A stretch of DNA of 63,414 bases, the filler included, from Octopus bimaculoides (lineage: Eukaryota), in NCBI RefSeq assembly GCF_001194135.2. It is 7 parts of 6 records of this genome, joined end to end, with 100 filler letters (N's around TTAATTAATTAA, not from the genome) between each part and the next. Parts side by side here need not be neighbours in the genome. Positions count along the whole stretch, not along the records: positions 1 to 4,698 come from NC_068986.1; positions 4,799 to 24,001 come from NC_068986.1; 5 more parts are not named here. One strand, given 5' to 3'. The translations under genes were made by a program, and so were the position numbers. The notes under the pieces were generated by a model. It did not search any database. It was not told the origin of the DNA and was given only the letters and a program-made list of their open reading frames with translations. Shown here in pieces: positions 1 to 10,978 of this stretch (its first letter is position 1; each line of letters begins with the position of its first letter).

Positions 1-420
1 GAAACTGTGAGAGTGAAAAGAACAACAACGACAACAACAACTACGAAAAAAAATAGAAGAAAAAAAGCCCCCACCCCCCAGAAAACTGAAAGAAAGAATA
101 GAAGAAAGTTAAAGAGAGAGAGAGAGAGAGAGATCGTTGTAGATATTTATCTTTAAGCAGAGGGAAAATGTCTCCTGTTTAGCCTTCAATGGCCAACTGT
201 TAAGTTATGCATGTCAGTCAATTTATGAGGAATTTATGAATAGTCGAGTGATTAACGTGTTGTTATTCTTGCTTGTTTTGAGTCAGGCCAACCCCTATCG
301 TCTAGATTTATGACCGAAGTCTTTCCCTTTCATTTTGTTCTAAGGAAAGACGGAGCCTTCGTCATCTTCGACGATAACGTTTCGGTTGTTTGATCAACTA
401 AACTAACTCCTTTGTTAATT

Positions 421-631
421 ACTCTTTACTCTTTTTACTCTTTTACTTTGTTTCAGTCATTTTGACTGCGGCCATGCTGGAGCACCGCCTTTAGTCGAGC
501 AGATCGACCCCAGGACTTATTCTTTGGAAGCCTAGTACTTATTCTATCGGTCACTTTTGCCGAACCGCTAAGTTACGGGGACGTAAACACACTACCATCG
601 GTTGTCAAGCAATGCTAGGGGGACAAACACA

Positions 632-707
<76 letters not shown>

Positions 708-873
708 TAGGACGAGCTTCTTTCAGTTTCCGTCTACCAAATCCACTCAAGGCTTTGGTCGGCCCGAGGCTATAGTAGAAGACACTTGCCCAAGGTGCCA
801 CGCAGTGGGACTGAACCCAGAACCATGTGGTTGGTAAGCAAGCTACTTACCACACAGCCGCTCCTGCGACTAT
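421..873 (-). mobile_element. SINE family A (tRNA-like head, internal (TA)n/(CA)n microsatellite), full-length copy
   Basis: Reverse complement of the head gcaggagtggctgtgtggtaag...ggttcagtcccactgcgtggcaccttgggcaagtgtctt and tail ...gactgaaacaag(taaaagag)n; more than 15 similar copies in the window. Confidence 0.85.
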
Positions 874-1342
874 ATTAGCGAGTAAGTGGCCGAGTATTCC
901 AAGCATTCAGTTCTTTATCAACTGAACTACATGCTTGATAGAATTAATAGTTCGCAGACAAGTGAACTTCATATCTATTAAAATTATGTGCATTACAGAA
1001 ATGTGAACTGTTACCAAAATTTTCTGGCAGAATCCGTTTAGCACAACATATAACAAGGCCGAGCATTTGAATTACAACTACAATCCATCTTGGAGGCTTC
1101 CAACAGTTTCCACCTAAGCAGTTTCCCTGACTAGGCTTGGGTCAACCCGGAACTATAGTAGAAAGAAAGACATTTGTCCAAGATAATAAGGGCTGTGATT
1201 TAAGAGAGATTTAGCTGCTTTTTCTAGTAGGTCATGAGATCGAATTGTAGTTCCCGTTTGGTTCGCATAAAGTTGTTGGGACCCTGCGCCGTAAAGCTCG
1301 TGAGTAATAGTGAGGGCGTATCCCAACCACTGCAGCCATCAC

Positions 1343-1496
1343 TAGGGCCGGCTCAAGATACCGGCAACTCGGGCAGTCGCCCGGGGTGCCATGTGTTGGG
1401 ATCGCCAAGGAGGGCGTGACAAAGTCAAAAATTATACTTGTAAGGGCGCCGAAATTCAGCTTGTCTGGGGCGCCAGCAACCCTAGGGCCGGCCCTG
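1343..1496. mobile_element. hAT-type MITE (154 bp)
   Basis: Terminal inverted repeats tagggccggc / gccggccctg flanked by a perfect 8-bp TSD GCCATCAC (1335-1342, 1497-1504). Confidence 0.85.
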
Positions 1497-1986
1497 GCCA
1501 TCACACAACCATTACAAACACAACCGCGGATGATGCCAGGCCTAGAGCAAGCTCAAGTTCCCAGCAACCTTTCCCAGGATCACAAAATTTTATTTCACTA
1601 CTGCTCCATAATTACTCCAACCATTCCGTGTTTCTGGTTTTCCTGTTGCAGCTGTCCTGCTTTTTTCAAAGTATTTCTGTGGTAGACATTGCTAATTTAT
1701 CGCTGTAGTGTGTTTATTCCACATTACATTATTGAACAGGAATCAACAACTAAACCCCAGACACGATGTCTTCATCTACCTTTCGACTAACATCAAGTTT
1801 TTCCCCATTTCTGTACTTCGTCATTTTCCAACTGTACCAAGTAAACTCACTTTCTTTCAATTAACTACTGAACACCATACATTAACTTTACTACAACGCG
1901 ACATTTTTCCCCCATTAACTCTGTCGCAAGTAATGGTTGCAGAGGCTGTGTGTGAATGATTTAACAACACCCTGCGAACATTTAAA

Positions 1987-2453
1987 TGTGATGTTATTTA
2001 CGCCGCACAAGTTGGTCATGATTTACAAAAATCTCCACACAGAATCAACAAGCTGTGTAGAAACACAATGCGACGTGCATGGTAGCTGGATACAAGAGTT
2101 TGGCACTGGGCGTGGATTAAACACAGGAACGTATACACGCGTCGCTTCATATCTGCCATCATATAACACACATCAGGATGAGCATGCAATCGTTAGAACG
2201 ATTACTTAAACAGGAGTGTGTGCATCGGACGGCAACATCGCACACCACACACACAGAAGCTTGGTGAGAGTGGAGACGACATCCCGTCCGTACGTCTACA
2301 ACACTCTCGAATTGGCGGCAAGAACCTCCTCTGTTTATAGGCTCGTTACAGAGAAGGATCGACGTAGAAGGATCTAGAGAAGCAATCACGTGAAAACCGG
2401 CCGCTGATTGGCTGATAACTTGGCCTCATACGTGAATGAGTCGAGCGATGTCA
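1987..2453 (-). mobile_element. Possible solo LTR
   Basis: TG...CA termini; on the - strand a CCAAT box, then TATAAA, then a TAAATA-like signal near the end; CpG-rich relative to flanks. No TSD or primer-binding site found. Confidence 0.35.
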
Positions 2454-2764
2454 TGGCTTGAAGCCCATAATGTGGTGACTCGGGTTCAAGTCTCTCTACA
2501 ACACCATCAACGAAGTCCACTCACTTTTCCATTCTTACTTCAAAATCTGAGACAAATTTTCTACAAGTTCCATTTTTTAAAGTACGTTTTAAAGACAAGT
2601 CTTTCTTTATGCAAGTTTTTCTTTTCTGCAAGATGACTCTTTGGGAACATCTACAGCAGAGGGTCTCAACTAGGGTCCACATAAGATTTTGTTGTTAAAG
2701 TTCATGAGTAATAAACTGTACTCTACACAAAATGTACATTATTTACATTATTTACATTTGACGG

Positions 2765-3152
2765 GTGGAGGCGCAATGGCCCAGTGGTTAGGGCAGCGGA
2801 CTCGCGATCATAGGATCGCGGTTTCGATTCCCAGACCGGGCGTTGTGAGTGTTTATTGAGCGAAAACACCTAAAGCTCCACGAGGCTCCGGCAGGGGATG
2901 GTGGCGAACCCTGCTGTACTCTTTCACCACAACTTTCTCTCACTCTTACTTCCTGTTTCTGTTGTACCTGTATTTCAAAGGGTCAGCCTTGTCACACTGT
3001 GTCACGCTGAATATCCCCGAGAACTACGTTAAGGGTACACGTGTCTGTGGAGTGCTCAGCCACTTGCACGTTAATTTCCCGAGCAGGCTGTTCCGTTGAT
3101 CGGATCAACTGGAACGCTCGACGTCGTAAGCGACGGAGTGCCAACAACAACA
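2765..3152 (+). mobile_element. SINE family B (tRNA-like head, (CAA)n tail)
   Basis: A box tggcccagtgg, B box ggtttcgattccc; TSD acatttgacgg at 2754-2764 and 3153-3163. Confidence 0.9.
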
Positions 3153-3190
3153 ACATTTGACGGATATTTGTCCTCATCTTGTTTGTTGTT

Positions 3191-3236
3191 AACACAACGT
3201 TTCGACTGATTTACCCTCCAGCCTTCATCAAGTGTC
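3191..3236 (-). ncRNA. Minimal type I hammerhead ribozyme-like motif (C3 to U variant)
   Basis: - strand GACAC-UUGAUGA-A-GGCUG-GAGGGUAAAU-CAGUC-GAAAC-GUU-GUGUU: stem I GACAC/GUGUU, stem II GGCUG/CAGUC, palindromic ACGU stem III. Confidence 0.6.
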
Positions 3237-3294
3237 TTGAGGAAATTTCGAACCTGGGTTCTCATTCCTTAAGTATTTTTCGTTGTTGTTGTTG

Positions 3295-3325
<31 letters not shown>

Positions 3326-3412
3326 AATTATTATTATTATTATTCAGGTTACTGCCTGGAATCGAACTCGGAATCTTCAGGTTAGTAGCCCGTGCTCTTA
3401 ACCACTATGCCA

Positions 3413-3458
3413 TATGCCTGATGAAGGCTGGAGGGTATATCAGCCGAAACGTTGTGTT
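3413..3458 (+). ncRNA. Minimal type I hammerhead ribozyme-like motif (intact core)
   Basis: CUGAUGA-A-GGCUG-GAGGGUAUAU-CAGCC-GAAAC-GUU-GUGUU; perfect stem II; the 5' strand of stem I is replaced by the inversion junction, leaving only about 4 weak pairs. Confidence 0.6.
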
Positions 3459-4359
3459 AACAACAAACAAAATGAGGACAAATATCCATCAAATGTAAAT
3501 AATGTAAATAATTCCACATCTCTTAAATATAGAACTGTATTATACACAAAATATTTTGACAATTTTTTAATAGAATTCCTAATAATATTAAATTATAAAA
3601 GCACAATGGGGTCTTTTTAGACATTGAAAGGGTCCAGTAGAGTAAAATAAGAGTCAAAAGGGTCCATAAGCAAAAAATGGTTGAGTACCCCTAATCTACA
3701 GAAATGGTAGGTATTAAAGAATGCTTATTATGTCTCTTTCTTTTTATAAGATATGAAGGTTTAATTTGAAGAAGATTTGGTTGCTATTTCTGTTTGGCCA
3801 AGTGACCATTTAGAGACTTCCTTATGAAGTGCGAAGTATCAACAAGTATTTAGATCTGAAGAATATGAAGGGGAAGTCTTTGAGATAGAATTTGGTTTAT
3901 GCTATAGAGGTGTATAGTTGATGTTGTTGTTGCTATTGGTGTTGTTTAACTCTCATATTAATCCTAATCCCAGAGCTGAGCTCAAAAGTATTTTAACCAT
4001 AGACCTTTCTTGAGTGGTAGAGACTAGGTTTAAATACTCTACTTAGCACCCTAGATATCTTTTGGTGGAATCCCCTCTGCTGCAACGATTTGAGGATCCC
4101 TTCCTCCTTCCTCCTTCCTCCTGTCTCTCCTGTCTCAGACACCCCATAACAGATCATGGATCCTGCTTCCTTCACTCCTGACTAAAAACATAAGAAAATA
4201 TTAACTTTTTTGCAGAAGTATTATATCTGAAGAATCTTTTGTTTTAAAGATCATGGAATGTGATTTGGGGCAGCTTTGGCTGCTATTTCAAGCATGTTGA
4301 GTGACTACATGACAACTTCCTTATCAACTCAGTAGATGTGTTTGTTTTTGTTATTGCTG

Positions 4360-4423
4360 CTGTTGCCGATGATGTTGTTGCTGTCGTTGCTGCTGTTGTC
4401 GGTTTTGCTGCTGCTGTTGGTGG

Positions 4424-4487
<64 letters not shown>

Positions 4488-4520
4488 GCTGCTGCTGCTA
4501 CTGCTGCTGTTGTCATCATG
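4360..4520. repeat. (GTT)n/(GCT)n microsatellite
   Basis: Directly visible. Confidence 0.95.
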
Positions 4521-4657
4521 TTCTTGTTTAGTCCCATTACTAAACCTCTCAGCAATACCATTCCAACAATGACCACCAAATCCTATTTGCAGACTCCCTA
4601 ACTGTTGTGTTTTCTCAAAGAACATGAACCAATACATTCTTTTTTTCAAAATGGTAT

Positions 4658-4698
4658 ATAGGCGCAGGAGTGGCTGTGTGGTAAGTAGCTTGCTTACA
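4658..4698 (+). mobile_element. SINE family A head truncated by gap
   Basis: ataggcgcaggagtggctgtgtggtaagtagcttgcttac followed by Ns. Confidence 0.8.
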
Positions 4699-4742
4699 NN
4701 NNNNNNNNNNNNNNNNNNNNNNNNNNNNNNNNNNNNNNNNNN

Positions 4743-4754
4743 TTAATTAATTAA
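4743..4754. other. Artificial linker TTAATTAATTAA inside N gap (also 24046, 25990, 52793, 55126, 60784)
   Basis: Identical 12-mer with stops in all six frames, always flanked on both sides by Ns, six occurrences. Confidence 0.9.
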
Positions 4755-4798
4755 NNNNNNNNNNNNNNNNNNNNNNNNNNNNNNNNNNNNNNNNNNNN

Positions 4799-4862
<64 letters not shown>

Positions 4863-5076
4863 GGTCGTGTTTGTGCTTGTGGTGTTGACAGTCCATATGG
4901 TGCTTTTGGTGTTGTTAGAATTTGTGATGGTGGTGATGATGACGCCTGTGGTGGCATTGCATATCGAGGTGATTGTGGTGTTGCTAGATATGTTCTGTGT
5001 GGTGGTGTCTTCTCCTTTGTGATATCCTTTGTCATCGTGTACGAATTAAATAACCTAATGGTGACATGGCGGAAAG

Positions 5077-5503
5077 ACGGTGAGCTGGCAGAACCGTTAG
5101 TATGCCAGGTGAAATGCTTAGCGGTATTTCGTCTGTCGTTATGTTCTGAGTTCAAATTCCGCCGAGGTCGACTTTGCTTTTCATCCTTTCGGGGTCGATA
5201 AATTAAGTAACAGTATGCACTGGGGTTGATGTAATCGACGTAATCCCTTTGTCTGTCCTTGTTTGTCCCCTCTATGTTTAGCCCCTTGTGGGCAATAAAG
5301 AAATAAGAATCATTAGCATGCTGGACGAAATGCTTAGCGGTATTTCGCCCGTCTTTACGTTCTGAGTTCAAATTCCGCCGAGGTCGACATTACTTTTCAT
5401 CCTTTCGGGGTCGATAAATTAAGTACCAGTGGAGAACTGGTGTAGATGTAAATCAGCTTGACCCTTACCCCGAAATTGCAGGCCTTGTGCCAAAATTTGA
5501 AAC

Positions 5504-5545
<42 letters not shown>

Positions 5546-5913
5546 CATCGTTAGGACTGCGAACTGGCAGAATCGTTAGTACGCCGGACAAAATGCTTAG
5601 CGGCATTTCGTTCGTCTTTACGTTCTGAGTTCAAATTCCGCTGAGGTCGAGTTTGCCTTTCATCTTTTCAGGGCTTATAAATGAAGTACCAGTAAAACGC
5701 TGGTGTCGATGTAATCGACTAGCCCCGTCCCACCAAATTTCAGGCCTTGTGCCTTTAGCAAAAACGATTATTATTATTATTATTATTATTATGTTTTTTT
5801 TCCTTCTTTCTTCAAATTTTTTCCCATTTCTCGCCGAGTGTTTTCCGTACACCTAGGTCAGAGAAACGTTGTATGCATTCCCAATTTACACACGCAAATT
5901 CATAGGTAAAACA

Positions 5914-5978
<65 letters not shown>

Positions 5979-6167
5979 GGGCGGTGAACTGGCAGAATCG
6001 TTAGAACGCCGGGCAAAGTACTTAGTAGTATTTCGCGCGTATTTACACTCGATTTGCGTTTCATCCTTTCGGGGCCAATAAAATAAGTACCAGGTGAGCA
6101 CTGAGGTCGATGTAGCCGACTGCTCCCTCTGCCGAAATTGCAGGCCTTGTACCAAAATTTGAAATCG
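5077..6167 (+). mobile_element. Head-to-tail array of about 4 SINE family C units separated by (TTA)n
   Basis: Repeated ggcg(a)gctggcagaatcgttag...gttctgagttcaaattccgccgaggtcgactttgcctttcatcctttcggggtcgataaattaagtacc. Confidence 0.85.
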
Positions 6168-7026
6168 ATAATGTATATGGCTGTAGGCGTGTACGTCATA
6201 GGGTTGTATTTGTACTTGTGATGGTCATGGTGGCGGTAGTAGTGATGGTGGTATAGATATTGTTCTATATGATGAAGGTGCACTGCCAGATAGGGATAAG
6301 TTGACTGTTTGATGCAAATGAAATGGCAGTGAAGAAGCAGTGAAGTGGAATAGCAGCAGATACATCAATCATAGGATGCTTACGTTTTCGGGAAGGTGGT
6401 TGACTACACAGACACAGTTCTCTTTCTGCACAGTCAACTAAGATGCATAAATAGCTACCCAGTTTCATTTCTACTTATACAAAAATCCTCTCTGGTGCTC
6501 ATATGAACTTCCAACTGTCTCAGAAAATCACAGAGCGAACATGTAATGGAACTTTAATATAAAGGCACATCACTAGATAGCACAGAATAAGCGGAAAATT
6601 GGTTTTCCCAGAACTTCTGTCAATCCATTGTCATTCACAAGGCTTGGGTCGAACCGCGTCCGCATGATTGTGAAGCAAGTTGATAACTACTTTGCATGCA
6701 CTTAAAAGAGAACTGAAAAAGTTAAGGAATTACACTGATTAAACTTTTGAATAAAACACATTATTGCGACGAAAGAATGCGTCCATTATCCTATTTGCAC
6801 TTGGGATAACTGAAATGATACACAGTCACTTCTATAAAGGTTTTGATAGATAACCCATAAAAATAGGTCATACATGTACTCCAAAGAAAATATAATGGGA
6901 AAAATTCTAGTATCTATACATGTACTTACAGCACTCTCACATATTTGTTAAAGTTGAACAAGTTTATGCATGTGTTCCAAAAACTGACAAATTGACTTCC
7001 TACATAAGGCCTGATGAATTTATACT

Positions 7027-7053
7027 TCTCAAATCCATTGAATAATAATAATA

Positions 7054-7097
<44 letters not shown>

Positions 7098-7122
7098 AAA
7101 GATGATGATGATGATGATAATG

Positions 7123-7174
<52 letters not shown>

Positions 7175-7200
7175 CAACAACAATAATAACAATAATCTAC
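7027..7200. repeat. (AAT)n/(GAT)n compound microsatellite
   Basis: Directly visible. Confidence 0.95.
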
Positions 7201-7799
7201 AAACATAAAGTGTAGGGGTTTACATATAATGAAATGTTAGCAAAAAAAAAAGTCAGAATACACAGTATAAAATAGAATGAGAGGGACATATACATAGTAT
7301 ACCGAGATTAAAAAATAGTTATAATAACCAACTCGACTCGTGAATATTCCACGGAGTAAGCAAAGTCTACATCATTCATATTTTGTTTTATATTTAAAAT
7401 ATATTTTCTGCAATGAAATAGATCGCTCTGAAAGCATTATCCCAACGCATCACAATAGGTGAAATGCAGCAACGCTTTCTGGTGTATGTTGTATTATTGC
7501 ACGATAACTTCTTATTGTAGTTTTGTTGTGTCTGGGGAGAGTTATTCTCTTTTAGTGCCTTATTATTTAACACACTCACCGGTACAGTTTACACTCATTT
7601 ACTTATTTATTTTTCTAAGATTTTCGTTGCGTTTTGCAACATTTTTATTAGTCGTTGATTCTTATTGTGGCAAACGGTCAGAGGGTAGTGCACGGGTAAT
7701 GCAGAGGGTAGTTACTAACGGGATGATAAACAGAATGATAATATGATTACAACTATTTCTAATGGATGCATTAAGTCAGAAATTTGGAGGAAGGATTAG

Positions 7800-7990
7800 T
7801 CAGTTAAATATTGATTTCAAATTTTGGTACAAAGCCAGCAGTTTTGGTGGAGTGGGCAAGTCAATATCATCGACCCCAGTACTCAACTGGTACTTAATTT
7901 ATCGGCTCCGAAAGGATGAAAGGTAAAGTCGACCTCGGCGGAATTTGAACTCAGAACGAAAAGACGGTCGAAATTCCGCTAAGCATTTTG
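7800..7990 (-). mobile_element. SINE family C
   Basis: ggatgaaaggtaaagtcgacctcggcggaatttgaactcagaacg, CpGs intact. Confidence 0.8.
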
Positions 7991-9409
7991 TCCGTGGCCT
8001 TTAGTTAGCTAAATATTAATTGGTGCTTTTATTCTATTGATCCTAAGGGTATAAAACGCAAAACTGACATCTAATGGATTTGAACTCGGACCGTAGAAAG
8101 AAGTAACTAAATACTGGAAGATATTTTGCTCGACATCCTAATTATTCTTTCCACCACTCTGATAATTATAACTGTTTCTAATTTAGGCACAAGAGTAATT
8201 AATAGATTTGATGGATGAGGTTAGTAGATTATATTANNNNNNNNNNNNNNNNNNNNNNNNNNNNNNNNNNNNNNNNNNNNNNNNNNNNNNNNNNNNNNNN
8301 NNNNNNNNNNNNNNNNNNNNNNNNNNNNNNNNNNNNNNNNNNNNNNNNNNNNNNNNNNNNNNNNNNNNNNNNNNNNNNNNNNNNNNNNNNNNNNNNNNNN
8401 NNNNNNNNNNNNNNNNNNNNNNNNNNNNNNNNNNNNNNNNNNNNNNNNNNNNNNNNNNNNNNNNNNNNNNNNNNNNNNNNNNNNNNNNNNNNNNNNNNNN
8501 NNNNNNNNNNNNNNNNNNNNNNNNNNNNNNNNNNNNNNNNNNNNNNNNNNNNNNNNNNNNNNNNNNNNNNNNNNNNNNNNNNNNNNNNNNNNNNNNNNNN
8601 NNNNNNNNNNNNNNNNNNNNNNNNNNNNNNNNNNNNNNNNNNNNNNNNNNNNNNNNNNNNNNNNNNNNNNNNNNNNNNNNNNNNNNNNNNNNNNNNNNNN
8701 NNNNNNNNNNNNNNNNNNNNNNNNNNNNNNNNNNNNNNNNNNNNNNNNNNNNNNNNNNNNNNNNNNNNNNNNNNNNNNNNNNNNNNNNNNNNNNNNNNNN
8801 NNNNNNNNNNNNNNNNNNNNNNNNNNNNNNNNNNNNNNNNNNNNNNNNNNNNNNNNNNNNNNNNNNNNNNNNNNNNNNNNNNNNNNNNNNNNNNNNNNNN
8901 NNNNNNNNNNNNNNNNNNNNNNNNNNNNNNNNNNNNNNNNNNNNNNNNNNNNNNNNNNNNNNNNNNNNNNNNNNNNNNNNNNNNNNNNNNNNNNNNNNNN
9001 NNNNNNNNNNNNNNNNNNNNNNNNNNNNNNNNNNNNNNNNNNNNNNNNNNNNNNNNNNNNNNNNNNNNNNNNNNNNNNNNNNNNNNNNNNNNNNNNNNNN
9101 NNNNNNNNNNNNNNNNNNNNTGACAAGGTTTCTTGTTTGGGCGCTTTCTCAGTTTTGACACCTACTTCCTGCAGCAAGAGCAATACTAACATCAATAGTA
9201 CCACCACCATCACCATTACGACCGCCGCCGCCACCATCGGAAACTACAATAACAATAACAAAAGTACAATGTAAAGAAAGACACTAAAAAAAAACCGTAG
9301 CTAAAGAATGACGTAAACTTTAAAAAATAAATCATTGAATTTGACAACAGCGCCGTCTGTTGAAATCCCCCATATATTGTTGAACTAAACACGTTTTAAT
9401 TAATCTGCT

Positions 9410-9440
<31 letters not shown>

Positions 9441-9529
9441 CGTCGTCGTTATCGCTATCAACGGTATTTAAAAACCATTTTCTCCTTCTCCCCTTCTACA
9501 ATACCATCTCCAGCGTTTTCTATTACCAA

Positions 9530-9638
9530 ACAAGAACAGGAACAACAACACCAACTACTACTACTACTGCTACTACTATTACTACTACTACTACTACTAT
9601 TACTACTACTACTACTACTGCTGCTGCCGCTGCAACTA

Positions 9639-9670
<32 letters not shown>

Positions 9671-9699
9671 CCTTCCCCTCCCACTACTACTACTACTAG

Positions 9700-9733
<34 letters not shown>

Positions 9734-9764
9734 GCTCCTCCTCCTCCTCCTCCTCCTCCTCCTC

Positions 9765-9820
<56 letters not shown>
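9530..9820. repeat. (ACT)n/(GCT)n/(CCT)n compound microsatellite
   Basis: Directly visible. Confidence 0.95.
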
Positions 9821-10199
9821 GCATTTCTAAGTTACATCATAATCACACTCCATAACAGTTACAGCATGGAATATCTTAAGAGAGAAATATGAAAGTTACC
9901 AGTGCTCAGAGGAGGCGAGAAGAAAACAAATTGGATCGACTAGTTTCGGCTTCCAATAAAAACTTATCAGGATTTACGTACTCCTAGCTGCTGAGAATGC
10001 AATGATACCACATAAAAAGAAGATGAGGGTAAATCTGATCTCATATACATATCAGTGCCAAAGTTAACTGAGTACATTAATTAATTTAGGATATTGACAC
10101 TGTATACTAATTTATGTTTGCGAGCAGAGTTGCTTTTGCTGCTTGTTCAGGAAAGGGATGACAATATTTATGGCCCTTTGAATTTTGCAAGGCCTCTGA

Positions 10200-10978
10200 A
10201 ATTGCTGGGAAGTATCTTTTTCTACTCTAGGCAAAAAGTCCGAAATTTTGGGGGACGGGGGCAGTCGATTAGATCGACTCCGGCACGCAACTGGTAATTA
10301 ATTTATCGACCTCGAAAGGATGAAAAGCAAAGTCGACCTCGGCGGAATTTGAACTCGGAATGTAAAGACAGACGAAATACCTATTTCTTTACTGCCCACA
10401 AGGGGCTACACACAGAGGGGACAAACAAGAACAGACAAACGGATTAAGTCGATTATATCGACCTCAGTGCGTAACTGGTACTTAATTTATCGACCCCGAA
10501 AGGATGAAAGGCAAAGTCGACCTCGGCGAAATTTGAACTCAGAACATAAAGACAGACGAAATGCCGCGAAGCATTTTGCCCGGCGTGCTAACGATTCTGC
10601 CAGCTCGCCGCCTTAAATNNNNNNNNNNNNNNNNNNNNNNNNNNNNNNNNNNNNNNATTAATTTATCGACCTCGAAAGGATGAAAAGCAAAGTCGACCTC
10701 GGCGGAATTTGAACTCGGAATGTAAAGACAGACGAAATACCTATTTCTTTACTGCCCACAAGGGGCTACACACAGAGGGGACAAACAAGAACAGACAAAC
10801 GGATTAAGTCGATTATATCGACCTCAGTGCGTAACTGGTACTTAATTTATCGACCCCGAAAGGATGAAAGGCAAAGTCGACCTCGGCGAAATTTGAACTC
10901 AGAACATAAAGACAGACGAAATGCCGCGAAGCATTTTGCCCGGCGTGCTAACGATTCTGCCAGCTCGCCGCCTTAAAT
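10200..10978 (-). mobile_element. SINE family C dimer, apparently doubled by an assembly overlap
   Basis: Family C units; 10297-10618 is identical to 10657-10978 across a short N gap. Confidence 0.8.

Larger units (their letters stand above)
2735..3540 (-). mobile_element. tRNA-headed short element with hammerhead-bearing Penelope-like 3' segment plus an inverted duplicate (interrupted by a family B SINE)
   Basis: - strand: tRNA-like head 3418-3345 (A box TGGCATAGTGG, B box GAGTTCGATTC), (AAT)n/(AAC)n, hammerhead segment, tail aatgtaaataatgtaaat. The same 3' segment is repeated on + from 3418 to about 3540. Confidence 0.7.
2657..3693. mobile_element. hAT-type MITE carrying nested insertions
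   Basis: TIRs cagagggtctcaac / gttgagtaccccta; perfect 8-bp TSD ATCTACAG at 2649-2656 and 3694-3701. Confidence 0.8.

Noticed and set aside
2770-2840. tRNA-like sequences (also 3345-3418, 21358-21425)
   Set aside because: They have A and B boxes but no complete acceptor stem and continue into SINE bodies; SINE heads, not tRNA genes.
3993-4184. - strand ORF behind a strong acceptor (ttttcttatgtttttag)
   Set aside because: No recognisable protein, weak donors and no partner exons; could be a non-coding exon but is unsupported.
4283-4649. Poly-T/N/L/V ORFs here and similar ORFs at 6926-7208, 9523-9768, 13848-14228, 20035-20715, 43546-44174
   Set aside because: Translations of trinucleotide microsatellites, open in several frames, with no splice or codon signal.
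5077-6167. Regularly spaced repeats resembling a CRISPR array
   Set aside because: Units are ~200-bp SINEs with microsatellite spacers in eukaryotic DNA; no unique spacers or cas genes.
8208-9237. Long ORFs through N runs (also 15.5-16.3, 18.0-18.5, 38.1-38.6, 50.2-50.9 kb)
   Set aside because: Length comes from Ns translated as X.
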